Positions 50,401 through 59,556 of a stretch of DNA of 64,000 nucleotides are shown here, in pieces. Origin of the DNA: Vicinamibacteria bacterium (GTDB lineage: Bacteria; Acidobacteriota; Vicinamibacteria; Marinacidobacterales; Marinacidobacteraceae); the NCBI GenBank assembly GCA_963422395.1, contig OY729431.1:1248001-1312000 (forward strand), in the 5' to 3' direction. Below the pieces are notes generated by a model, which was given only the letters and a program-made list of their open reading frames with translations, did no database searches and was not told the origin of the DNA. Made by a program: the position numbers and the translations under genes. The stretch's first letter is position 1; each line of letters opens with the position of its first letter.

Positions 50401-51126
50401 CTACTTGTAGTAGTTGACGCCGATCACGAACTGCTGCGTGCGGAAGGAGAAGTCCTTCGGCGACCATATCCGGTATTCGGCCCGCGCCGACAGGTAGTCG
50501 AACACATAGACCTCGAAACCGACTCCGGCGTGGGCGGTTGCGGTATATGTCGCGTCGTCGAGAGTGACCTCGTTCTTCAGCGGACGCCGAATTCCGATGG
50601 GTTGGCTCACTTCTCCGTCGGCGGGAGGATCCACCGTCTCGTACACGAAGTCTTCGCGCAGCTCGTCTCGGCGCACCACCCCGCCGCCCACCAGAAGATA
50701 CATCTGGAAAGGCTGGCGCCGACCGAGGTGGAACACCAGCGATCCATCCAGGTGGTAGCGGTTCGTGCGGAATTGGTAGGCCGGCTCGGCGAGGACATCC
50801 TCGACGGGCTGATCCTCGGCGGTGTAGCGCCGGTTGGAACGGCCGAAGAAGAGACCGGTCTCGAAGCTGAGCCGCTCGCTGGCGCGGAGCGCGAGAGATC
50901 CGCCCAAGCCCGCGCCCCGGCCGAGGCTCAGCTGGGGACGGGCGAAGAATTGCAGCCCGGCTCCGGCAAAAAAACGAAACCGGTGCGCCTGTCCCGCCGC
51001 GGGTGCAGCCGCGCCGAGCGCCAGCAGGAACGCCGTCAGGAGGAGCGCCCGGCGGCCAGCCCGGTGACTGGTCCGGCGGCCAAGCCGCCCGGAAACCGCC
51101 GGGGTCGGATCGTCCTGTGCAATCAA
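50401..51126 (-). CDS. Outer-membrane beta-barrel protein (8-strand type)
   Basis: Signal peptide RRALLLTAFLLALGAAAPAAG, alternating beta strands (HAGVGFEV, ARAEYR, FVIGVNYY). Start uncertain. Confidence 0.7.
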   Translation of the reverse strand: MIAQDDPTPAVSGRLGRRTSHRAGRRALLLTAFLLALGAAAPAAGQAHRFRFFAGAGLQFFARPQLSLGRGAGLGGSLALRASERLSFETGLFFGRSNRRYTAEDQPVEDVLAEPAYQFRTNRYHLDGSLVFHLGRRQPFQMYLLVGGGVVRRDELREDFVYETVDPPADGEVSQPIGIRRPLKNEVTLDDATYTATAHAGVGFEVYVFDYLSARAEYRIWSPKDFSFRTQQFVIGVNYYK

Positions 51127-51263
51127 GGGGTCCAGAATGCTACTCCATGCGCCGGATGGCCGGATTCCGCCTCGCGGGCGAAGTGCGGCGTCTGCGTTCG
51201 GGGGGCCGGTGCCGGGACTCTTCGCCCGCGTACCATCCAGACAACCTGCCCAAACCATCTTCG

Positions 51264-52961
51264 ATGTCCGCCTCGATGTCCGGAAAATTTTCCCGCGACG
51301 AGCGCCGCCTCGCCGGGCGCGCGGGTTGGGTGAGCCTCGGGGTCCTGTTCTCTCGCGTCACCGGCCTCGTGCGGGAGCAGGTGCTGGCTTTCCTGTTTCC
51401 CACTCGGCTGCTCGACGCCTTCTACGCGGCGTATACCTTCCCGAACACGCTGCGGGAACTTCTCGGAGAAGGAGCGCTCTCGAAGGCGTTCATCGCCACT
51501 TTCGCCCGAGTGGATCAGAACCAGGGGCCGGATGCCGCCCACCGATTGTTCGATCGAATCCTTCGGGCACTGCTGCCGGCCGCTCTGCTGGTGAGCGTGC
51601 TCGGTGTCGTGTTCGCTCCGGAGCTCGTGGATTTCGTTTTTTCGAGAGGCGCGTTCCACACATCGCTTCCGGAAAGGCAGCGCTTCGGCTTCGACACCCC
51701 GCGGGAGCTGGCGGTGTGGCTCACCCGGCTCATGTTCCCGTTCCTCTTCTTCGTCGCGCTGGCGGCTCTCTTCATGAGTGGACTGCACGCGCGCAGCCAG
51801 TTCTTTCTGCCGGGGCTGGCCGCGACCTTCTTCAATGTCACGGTGATCGTCTTCGGCATCGTGGGCTTCGCCGCGGCGCCGGAACTCGGCCTTCATCCGA
51901 TGTCGGGGCTCGCGATCGGAGTTCCGGCCGGCGGGGTCGTCCTGCTGCTCGTTCAGGCACTTTGGTTCGGCCGGAGCGGGTATCGCCCCCGGCGGACCGG
52001 AGGACCCCGGGCGGTGGTCCGCGATCCTGCGTTTCGCCGGGTGTGCCGGCTCTTCGCGCCGGCGGCGGCTGCCGCCGGGAGCCTGCAGTTCAATGTGGTC
52101 ATCTCTCGCCATTTCGCTTCTGCGGGAACCTCCTGGCTCGCCTGGTTCGCCATGTCGTATCGGCTGGTGCAGTTCCCTGCGGGGCTCATCAATGTGGCGA
52201 TCTCGAGCGCCACGCTGCCGTCGCTCACCCGTTCCGCCGCCCGGGGCGATCCGGACGGTTTCGACCGAATGCTGGGACAGTCCGTCCGCCTGATGGCGAT
52301 TCTGGCTTGTGCGGCGGGTGCTGGACTTCTCGCGATCGCCGAGCCGCTCGTTTCCCTGATCTACCGCCGCGGCGCGTTCACTCCCAGTGACAGCGCGCAG
52401 GTCGCGGCGATGCTCTCGATCTTCGTCCTGGGGTTGCCGGCCTTCGGGCTCACGAAGCTGCTCTCCGATGCCTTTTTCGCCATCGGAACGACTCGGCCGC
52501 CGCTCGCGGTCGCCGCCTTCGGAGTGGCTTCGACTTGGATCACGACCCGGAGTTTCGTGGCGACCGCCGGATTCGGCCATCTCGGGCTTCCGCTCGCGAC
52601 CGTTTCGGTGGCGTGGTTGCAGGCGGTTCTTCTGACGCTGCTTCTCGCGCCCCGGCTCGGAGTGGACCGGTGCGGGCGGAGAAGGTGGCGAGCCCTGTCT
52701 TCGGAAATGGCGGGAGTGGCGCTGCGCGCCGTACCGGTGGCGCTCGTTACCGGCGCCGCTGCTCGGGGGGGGGCCGAACTGATTCGCGGGCGCCTGGGCG
52801 GCGGGAGCGTGGAACTCCTCTCCACGATTCTGTTCGCGGTGGCCGCCGGCGCTTCGGCGTGGGTCGTGACCGTTCCGGTGATCGCTCCGCGGGAGTGGGT
52901 CCTGATTCGGGATCCGTTGATGGGGCTGATCCGCCGTCTCCGCTCCGGATCGCATCGGTGA
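51264..52961 (+). CDS. murJ: Lipid II flippase MurJ (MviN)
   Basis: SRVTGLVRE, DAFYAAYTFPN.LRELLGEGALS.AFI, RLVQFP.G, YRRGAF. Confidence 0.93.
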   Translation: MSASMSGKFSRDERRLAGRAGWVSLGVLFSRVTGLVREQVLAFLFPTRLLDAFYAAYTFPNTLRELLGEGALSKAFIATFARVDQNQGPDAAHRLFDRILRALLPAALLVSVLGVVFAPELVDFVFSRGAFHTSLPERQRFGFDTPRELAVWLTRLMFPFLFFVALAALFMSGLHARSQFFLPGLAATFFNVTVIVFGIVGFAAAPELGLHPMSGLAIGVPAGGVVLLLVQALWFGRSGYRPRRTGGPRAVVRDPAFRRVCRLFAPAAAAAGSLQFNVVISRHFASAGTSWLAWFAMSYRLVQFPAGLINVAISSATLPSLTRSAARGDPDGFDRMLGQSVRLMAILACAAGAGLLAIAEPLVSLIYRRGAFTPSDSAQVAAMLSIFVLGLPAFGLTKLLSDAFFAIGTTRPPLAVAAFGVASTWITTRSFVATAGFGHLGLPLATVSVAWLQAVLLTLLLAPRLGVDRCGRRRWRALSSEMAGVALRAVPVALVTGAAARGGAELIRGRLGGGSVELLSTILFAVAAGASAWVVTVPVIAPREWVLIRDPLMGLIRRLRSGSHR

Positions 52962-53887
52962 GGTCAGATCCGGAGCGGCCCGAGGATCCGCTGGTGACGC
53001 GGTTTCTGACCTACTTGCGCCTGGAGCGGGGCCTTTCGGAAAACACCATCGACGCGTACCGCAGTGATCTTCGGAAACTCTCGGTCTTCGCGGGGGAGAA
53101 GTCGCTTCTAGAGCTCGATACCCGTGATCTTCAGGAGTTCCTGACCGATCTGCATCGCCGCGGGCTCGCCTTCCGGTCCATGCAGCGCATCACCTCCACG
53201 ATGCGCGGGGCCTTCGGGTTCTTCGTCGCTACCGGTGTTCTGGAACGGGATCCCACGGAGGCCATCACTTCGGTGCGGGCGCCTTTGGGCTTGCCCCGTT
53301 ATCTGTCTGCTGCCGAAGTCGAGCGGCTGCTGGACGTCCCCGACGATTCCCCCCGCGGGCTTCGGAACCGCGCGATGCTCGAAATGCTCTATGCGACGGG
53401 GCTCCGCGTGTCCGAACTGGTGCGCCTCCGGCTGAAGGATGTGGCACCGGCTCGCGAAGGTTCTCCCGGGTATCTCACCGTGATCGGCAAAGGCGACAAG
53501 GCGCGCATCGTGCCCTTCGGAGAAACCGCCGCCATCCGGCTTGCGGTCTGGCTGCGCGAAGGCCGTCCGCTGGTTCTGGCCGGAAAAGTGGATCGTTCCT
53601 GGCTCTTCGTCACCGGTCGAGGAATGGCCATGAGCCGCCTGCGTTTCTGGCAGATCGTGCGGGCCTGTGGGGAAGAGGCGGGGATCCGGCGCCGCTTCTC
53701 GCCCCATGTGCTTCGCCATTCCTTCGCCACCCATCTGCTCGAGCGCGGGGCCGACCTGCGGAGCCTGCAACAGATGCTCGGCCACGCTTCGGTCTCGACT
53801 ACCCAGATCTATACCCATGTGACCGAGGAGCGCCTTCGCCAGATCTACGATCTGCACCACCCGCGCGCGAAGCGGGGCGGGGGTTGA
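52958..53887 (+). CDS. xerD: Tyrosine recombinase XerD
   Basis: ERGLSENTIDAYRSDL, LYATGLRVSEL, GKGDK.R, SPHVLRHSFATHLL, MLGH..TTQIYTHV. Confidence 0.92.
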   Translation: MRSDPERPEDPLVTRFLTYLRLERGLSENTIDAYRSDLRKLSVFAGEKSLLELDTRDLQEFLTDLHRRGLAFRSMQRITSTMRGAFGFFVATGVLERDPTEAITSVRAPLGLPRYLSAAEVERLLDVPDDSPRGLRNRAMLEMLYATGLRVSELVRLRLKDVAPAREGSPGYLTVIGKGDKARIVPFGETAAIRLAVWLREGRPLVLAGKVDRSWLFVTGRGMAMSRLRFWQIVRACGEEAGIRRRFSPHVLRHSFATHLLERGADLRSLQQMLGHASVSTTQIYTHVTEERLRQIYDLHHPRAKRGGG

Positions 53888-53893
53888 TCTCGA

Positions 53894-54577
53894 GTGGAAT
53901 GGCCGGGCAGTGGCCGCGCGTTCGCGGATCGGCCACCCGAGGAACGAAGGCGGATGCTCGCCGAGGCCGCCGCTGCCCTGCGAGAGGGCGGAGTGGTCCT
54001 CTATCCCACCGAGACCTACTACGCGCTGGGCGCCGATCCGCGGTCGCCGGCGGGGGCCGCGCTGGTGTTCCGCATCAAGGGCCGCCCTGCGGATCGCCCG
54101 CTGCCCTGGATCGCCGCCAGCAGGGAGCAGGTGGAGCAGGTCTGCCGGCTCCCGCCGGCAGCGCGCACCCTGGCGGAGCGTTATTGGCCCGGGCCCCTGA
54201 CCCTGGTGCTGCCGGGCCGCGGACGGAAACGCGCAATCGCTGCGGTGCGGGTCAGTTCGCATCCGCTCGCGCGGGCGCTCGCTGAGGCGCTCGGGCATCC
54301 GGTGATCGCGACCAGTGCGAATCCGAGCGGCGCTCCTCCGGCGACCACCGCCATCGAGGCCTCCCGAAGACTCACCGGTCCCGGCGGAGAGGCGCTTCGG
54401 ATCCTGGATGGCGGCGCGACCCCAGGGGGGGCGCCTTCGGTGATCGTGAAAGCCTCCCGCGGAAAACTCGAAACCCTCCGCGGCGATCTCACCCGGCTGA
54501 GGCCGTATCCGATGAGCAGCGCCGCCCGCCGGCTCGTTCGCCGATCCGGGACCACAACCGACGATGAAGGCCCGTGA
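53894..54577 (+). CDS. tsaC: L-threonylcarbamoyladenylate synthase (Sua5/YrdC)
   Basis: YPTETYYALG, IKGR, WPGPLT, ATSANPSG. Confidence 0.9.
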   Translation: MEWPGSGRAFADRPPEERRRMLAEAAAALREGGVVLYPTETYYALGADPRSPAGAALVFRIKGRPADRPLPWIAASREQVEQVCRLPPAARTLAERYWPGPLTLVLPGRGRKRAIAAVRVSSHPLARALAEALGHPVIATSANPSGAPPATTAIEASRRLTGPGGEALRILDGGATPGGAPSVIVKASRGKLETLRGDLTRLRPYPMSSAARRLVRRSGTTTDDEGP

Positions 54578-54587
54578 GGGACCTCTG

Positions 54588-54790
54588 GCCGGGGTCAGAA
54601 AATCACTTGTTGCGGCCGAGGTTGTACCTCGGGCGCGTCGCAGCCGGGGAATGTGCGAAAGGGGTGTCCCTCGAGGTGGTGGCTTGGAATCGCGCTCGCT
54701 GCCGCCCCTCTTCCAGACTTGGCGGCGAACCGGGTCCGGGGAAGGGGGCGAGCGGCAGGAGTGCGATTCCCGCCCCCGAAACGCCCGTGG
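54588..54790. repeat. Repeat family B copy between convergent tsaC and lon
   Basis: GAAAATCACTTGTTGCGGCCGAGGTTGTACCTCGGGCGCGTCG...GGTGGCTTGGAATCGCGCTCGCTGCCGCCCC...GCGGCAGGAGTGCGATTC. Confidence 0.8.
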
Positions 54791-54791
54791 G

Positions 54792-57263
54792 TCAGTGCAT
54801 CGGCAACCGGCTGGTGTCGGCCCCGGCTTCGATCGCCGGAGTGGGGGCCAAGTTGGGGAAGATGATCGGAATCGTCTCGTCGAGAGTCGAGACCAGGTGG
54901 ATCTGCAGATCGTCGCGAACCTCGTCGGGAACATCTTCGAGCAGAACCCCCTCGTTGAGTCGGGGCACGATCACTTCCTGGATACCGTAACGGTGGGCGG
55001 CGAGCAGCTTCTCCTTGATCCCGCCGACCGGAAGGATGTGCCCGGTCAGCGTGATCTCGCCGGTCATCGCCAGTTCGGAGCGGCAGACGGAGCCCGTCAG
55101 TACCGAGACGAGCGCTGCCACCAGGGTGATTCCCGCCGAGGGGCCGTCTTTCGGAGTGGAACCTTCCGGCACATGGAAGTGGATATCGGACTTCTTGTAG
55201 AAGTCCCCGGTGATGCCGTAGGCCGCTCCGTTCTGGCGCACCCACGACAGCGCCGCTGCCGCTGACTCCTTCATCACTTCGCCGAGCTGCCCGGTCAGGG
55301 TGAGGCGGGTGTTTCCCTTCATGCGGGAAGCCTCGGCGAACAGCAGATCACCGCCCACCGGAGTCCAGGCGAGGCCTACCGCGACCCCGGGAACGCTGAC
55401 CCGCGCCTCGAGCTCACGGGAGAGCGAGGTCGGCGCGCCGAGCAGATCGTTCACCGTTTGCGGAGTCACCTGGAGCGATCCCTTCTCCCCTTCGGCGAGT
55501 TTGCGGACCACCTTGCGGCAGATCTTGGCGATCGCGCGCTCCATGTTCCGGAGGCCGGCTTCGCGCGTGTAGTCCCGGATGATCGCCGAGATGGACTCCC
55601 GGTCGAGCACCGGAGCCACCTCCTCGTCGGAGATCCCGTGGTTGTCGAGTTGCCGCGGAATGATGTGCCGGATGGCGATCTGGACCTTCTCCTCCTCGGT
55701 ATATCCCTGAAGGCCGAGGATCTCCATTCGGTCCTTCAACGCCGGCGGCACTGGATCCACCATGTTCGCGGTCGCGATGAACAACACCTCGGAGAGATCG
55801 AAGGCCAGATCGAGATAGTGGTCCCGGAAGGAGTCGTTCTGTTCGGGGTCGAGCACTTCGAGCAGCGCCGAACTCGGATCGCCGCGGAAGTCCATCCCGA
55901 GCTTGTCCACCTCGTCCAGCATGAAGACCGGATTCCGGGTGCCGGCTCGCACGAGGCTCTGGATGATCTGCCCCGGCAGCGCGCCGATGTAGGTCCGCCG
56001 GTGCCCGCGGATTTCGGCTTCGTCCCGGATTCCGCCGAGGCTCAGCCGCACGAATTCGCGTCCGACTGCTTTAGCGATGGACTTGCCGAGGCTCGTCTTG
56101 CCGACTCCCGGGGGGCCCACGAAACAGAGGATCGGTCCCTTCTGATCGGGTTTCCGCTCCCGGACGGCGAGGAATTCGAGGATGCGGTCCTTGACCTTCT
56201 CGAGGTCGTAGTGGTCTGCCTCGAGGATGCCCTTGGCGCGCGGGATGTCGTATTTGTCCTCGGTGCGTTCGTTCCACGGAACCCGGACCAGCCAGTCGAG
56301 GTAGGTCCTGCCGACGGTGTACTCCGCCGACGCGGTAGGGATGCGGCCCAATCGGCGGAGTTCACGGAGCGCTTCCTTCTGGGCGGCTTCGGGCATTCCC
56401 ACCTTTTCGATCTTCTCCTTGAGTTCATCGAGTTCCTTGGTGGAATCGTCGCCGTCCCCGAGCTCCTTCTGGATCGCCTTCATCTGTTCGCGCAGGAAGA
56501 ATTCGCGCTGCGTCCGTCCGACCTCGCTCTTGACCTTGGACTCGATGCTGCGGCCGAGGTCCCGGACCTGCTTCTCCCGCAGGATCGCTGCGTATGCGAG
56601 CTCCAGCCGCTGCTCGATCGATAGCGTCTGCAGAACATCCTGCCGCTTTTCGGTGTTGAGGCTCGGCAGCTGTTCGGCCACGAAATCGGCGAGCTGGCCG
56701 GCGCTCCCCACCCGCGCCAACTGCGTCTTCATCACCTCGCGCGCTCTCGGGAAGAGATCGGTCTTGATCATGTCCTGAAGCTCTTCTCGAATCTTGCGGG
56801 TGAGCGCTTCGAACTGCACCGTGTTCGAGGCACCCGCCGTGCCGTCCAGCACGCGGATGTCCGCACGGACATACGGCTCGGTCTGCACGATCCGTTCGAC
56901 GCGGAACCGGAAGCTGCCGCGGATCACGATGCGGACGGTGCCCTCCCGCATGCGGACCTGCTTTTCGAGCCGGGCGGCGGTTCCGACCTGGTAGAGATCG
57001 TCCTCTCCCGGTTGATCCACCGAGTCGTCCTTCTGGGTCAGGACGGCGAGCATCACCATCGGCGGCTTGCCCGGCTCCGTTTCCTTTGCTTCCCGGGTGG
57101 CGTCCCGGAGCATCTGGATCGTGCTCTTCCTGCCCACCGAGAGCGGGAGGAAGGAGTGGGGGAAGACCACGATGTCCCGAAGCGGCAGCACGGGCACCAT
57201 GCGGTGCACCTGGCCCTGCGGCGAGCTGGGGTCGGTCAACGAGCCTTTCACCGGGTTCGACAT
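54792..57263 (-). CDS. lon: ATP-dependent Lon protease
   Basis: LPLRDIVVFP, GPPGVGKTS, LDEVDK, PKDGPSAG. AAGGAG RBS before ATG 57263. Confidence 0.98.
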   Translation of the reverse strand: MSNPVKGSLTDPSSPQGQVHRMVPVLPLRDIVVFPHSFLPLSVGRKSTIQMLRDATREAKETEPGKPPMVMLAVLTQKDDSVDQPGEDDLYQVGTAARLEKQVRMREGTVRIVIRGSFRFRVERIVQTEPYVRADIRVLDGTAGASNTVQFEALTRKIREELQDMIKTDLFPRAREVMKTQLARVGSAGQLADFVAEQLPSLNTEKRQDVLQTLSIEQRLELAYAAILREKQVRDLGRSIESKVKSEVGRTQREFFLREQMKAIQKELGDGDDSTKELDELKEKIEKVGMPEAAQKEALRELRRLGRIPTASAEYTVGRTYLDWLVRVPWNERTEDKYDIPRAKGILEADHYDLEKVKDRILEFLAVRERKPDQKGPILCFVGPPGVGKTSLGKSIAKAVGREFVRLSLGGIRDEAEIRGHRRTYIGALPGQIIQSLVRAGTRNPVFMLDEVDKLGMDFRGDPSSALLEVLDPEQNDSFRDHYLDLAFDLSEVLFIATANMVDPVPPALKDRMEILGLQGYTEEEKVQIAIRHIIPRQLDNHGISDEEVAPVLDRESISAIIRDYTREAGLRNMERAIAKICRKVVRKLAEGEKGSLQVTPQTVNDLLGAPTSLSRELEARVSVPGVAVGLAWTPVGGDLLFAEASRMKGNTRLTLTGQLGEVMKESAAAALSWVRQNGAAYGITGDFYKKSDIHFHVPEGSTPKDGPSAGITLVAALVSVLTGSVCRSELAMTGEITLTGHILPVGGIKEKLLAAHRYGIQEVIVPRLNEGVLLEDVPDEVRDDLQIHLVSTLDETIPIIFPNLAPTPAIEAGADTSRLPMH

Positions 57264-57326
57264 CGGCGGTCGTCTCCTTCGAATGCGGCGCATCCTAGCA
57301 TAGTAGAAAATTTTGTGCGCGAATCG

Positions 57327-57355
57327 TTGTCAAATTTCCTATAAATCATTGACAA
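57327..57355. promoter_or_regulatory. Inverted repeat in the AT-rich lon upstream region
   Basis: TTGTCAA-N15-TTGACAA. Confidence 0.45.
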
Positions 57356-57418
57356 AACGGTCATTTCAGGAGCCTGTAGTTCGCCTGAATATGAGCCCAT
57401 CGTTATAAACTCTGGCGA

Positions 57419-57871
57419 TCATCCGAAGGACACCTCGTCCGGAAGCTCGTTGATATCCTCGGGCTGGACCGGGAAGTGCCGGGAGAGGAGGCCCCCGATG
57501 CGGCGGACGCCGTGCTCGAGGCCGTCGCCCACTCCGTGTTCACGGATGTGTTCGCTGATCTCGCGCGCGATTTCGTTCCAGCCGGCGACCCCCACTCGGT
57601 CGTCGATCGCCCGGTCGGCCACGATCTCGAATCGGCAGGAGCGCACCGCCAAGAAGAGAAGGACCCCGGAGCCGTCGCGGGTTCGATCCATCCCGAGCCG
57701 GAAGAAGTCGCGGACCGCCCGTCGCCGCGGGTTCTCCAGCGGCCGTAGCCGAGGGATCACATGGACCCGCAGCTCGCCTGCGGTCTTCCGCTCGGCCTCT
57801 GCGATCGCCGCGGCGATGCGGTCGAGGTCTCCTTCGGACAGCGCCGAGCGGAGCCGTCTGGGAACGCGCAT
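57419..57871 (-). CDS. TPM domain protein
   Basis: IAEAERKTAGELRV, TRDGSGVLLFL, DINELPDEV. Confidence 0.88.
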   Translation of the reverse strand: MRVPRRLRSALSEGDLDRIAAAIAEAERKTAGELRVHVIPRLRPLENPRRRAVRDFFRLGMDRTRDGSGVLLFLAVRSCRFEIVADRAIDDRVGVAGWNEIAREISEHIREHGVGDGLEHGVRRIGGLLSRHFPVQPEDINELPDEVSFG

Positions 57872-57946
57872 CGAGAAATTCCGGGGGTTTTCGGGCGGGA
57901 GACCGGTGGCATGGTAGCCGAGCTCTTTGCGCACCGGCCGGTGCCG

Positions 57947-58876
57947 CTACCAGCTTCCGCTGGCGCCGCCTCCACCGAAGCTGCCGCCCCCACCCGAGAA
58001 ACCGGCGAAGCCCCTGCCGAGACCACTGCCTAAAGCTGATCCGCCCCAGACGGCTCCCCCACCTCCCGGAGTTCCCCCGTAGCCCCATCCGGACCGGTCG
58101 GCGGAGGCCCGGCGGAACGCGGTAGCTCCGATGCCGGCAACCAGGCCGAGCGGCACGAGCCAGAAGAGCGAACCGATACCGATCAGGAGGAAGCCGAAAA
58201 GGGCGGCGATCCCGGCGCCGAGGGCCGACGCTCCCGCCGGATGGAATACCGTGCCCACATAGCCGAGCAGCTTCATGGCGAGGAGCAGTCCCAGGATCCA
58301 CAGCAACGAGGTTCGCCGGCGCTGCGGACGGCCCGGGGCGCGGGCCCCGCTGCCTCGTCCGGTGTATTCGCCGCGGGCCGCTTCTCCGAGAGCGCGGGTT
58401 ACCGCCCGGAACCCGGCGGCGTACTCCCCGTTTGCGAATCGCGGGGCGAGCTCGTCGCGGAGGATGCGGCCGCCGAGTCCGTCGGGAATCACCGATTCGA
58501 GTCCATAGCCCACCTCGATCCGCGCTCGCCGGTCTTCGACGGAGACCAGCACCAGCACTCCGTTGTCACTCTCCGCCTGTCCGAGGCCCCAGTGCTCGGC
58601 GAGCCGGATCGTGTAGTCCTCGATCGCGCCCTCGATTGCGGGAACGCTCACCAGAACGATCTGGACCGAAGTCTCGGTCTCGAGACCGGCGAGGTATCGG
58701 GTGAGTTCCGCTTCCTCCTCGTCCGACAGGATGCCGGCCATATCTACGATCCTGCCGGTGAGTTCGGGGAGCGTCGTCTGTCCCGAGGCCGTCACGGCGG
58801 CGATCGCGGAGACGACTGCCGCCAGCAGGACGGCGCCTGCTCGCTGCAGGGAGCTGCCGGTCGGGCTGCCGGTCAA
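57947..58876 (-). CDS. TPM domain (YgcG-like) membrane protein with Gly-rich tail
   Basis: IVDMAGIL, DNGVLVLV, RIEVGYGLE, C-terminal GGGGSFGGGGASGSW. Confidence 0.9.
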   Translation of the reverse strand: MTGSPTGSSLQRAGAVLLAAVVSAIAAVTASGQTTLPELTGRIVDMAGILSDEEEAELTRYLAGLETETSVQIVLVSVPAIEGAIEDYTIRLAEHWGLGQAESDNGVLVLVSVEDRRARIEVGYGLESVIPDGLGGRILRDELAPRFANGEYAAGFRAVTRALGEAARGEYTGRGSGARAPGRPQRRRTSLLWILGLLLAMKLLGYVGTVFHPAGASALGAGIAALFGFLLIGIGSLFWLVPLGLVAGIGATAFRRASADRSGWGYGGTPGGGGAVWGGSALGSGLGRGFAGFSGGGGSFGGGGASGSW

Positions 58877-59490
58877 GGCGAGAAATCCACGACGGGGGCG
58901 CTCTCGGCTCCTTCGTCTGCTTCGAAGTAGGCGGCCTCGCCGAAGTCGAACCACGACGCCGCGATCCGGGTGAAGAAGCGCCGCCGGCGGGTGTTGTACG
59001 ACTGCGCCGCCTCGTTGAAGCGCCGGCGCTCCACCGCGATGCGGTTTTCGGTTCCCGCCAGCTCGTCTTGGAGATTGAGGAAGTTCTGGTTCGCCTTGAT
59101 GTCGGGATAACGCTCCACGACCACCATGAGCCGCGCCAGGGCCGAGGACAGCGCCCCCTGTGCCGCTTGGAAACGCGAGAGCGCCTGCGGATCGCTCAGG
59201 TCGTTCGCGGAAAGCTGCACCCCGGTGGCCCGCGAGCGGGCCGAGACCACCGCTTCGAGCGTTTCGCGCTCGAAGTCCGCCGCGCCGCGCACCGTGTTCA
59301 CCAGGTTGGGAACGAGATCGGAGCGCCGCTGATACACATTTTCGACCTGCGCCCAAGACGCCTTCACCGACTCGTCGAGCGTCACCAGTGCGTTGTAGGT
59401 GGAGGTTATGGAGAAGAAGGCGATGAGGCCGAGGACCAGCAGTACCGCCAGCGTTCCGCCACAGCCGGCGAGAAGGTATTTCTTGTTCAT
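58873..59490 (-). CDS. lemA: LemA family protein
   Basis: WAQVENVYQRRSDLVPNLV, ERYPDIKANQNF, GTENRIAVERRRFN. Confidence 0.95.
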   Translation of the reverse strand: MNKKYLLAGCGGTLAVLLVLGLIAFFSITSTYNALVTLDESVKASWAQVENVYQRRSDLVPNLVNTVRGAADFERETLEAVVSARSRATGVQLSANDLSDPQALSRFQAAQGALSSALARLMVVVERYPDIKANQNFLNLQDELAGTENRIAVERRRFNEAAQSYNTRRRRFFTRIAASWFDFGEAAYFEADEGAESAPVVDFSP

Positions 59491-59556
59491 GGATGTGGTG
59501 GTCGTCGACGAATCGACCTGCTCCGGATGGGCGTCGTTCTTTCTGCGGTACAGCAG

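Noticed and set aside
52958-53887. Phage or island integrase
   Set aside because: Sequence and operon context (murJ, tsaC) fit chromosomal XerD, with no phage genes nearby.
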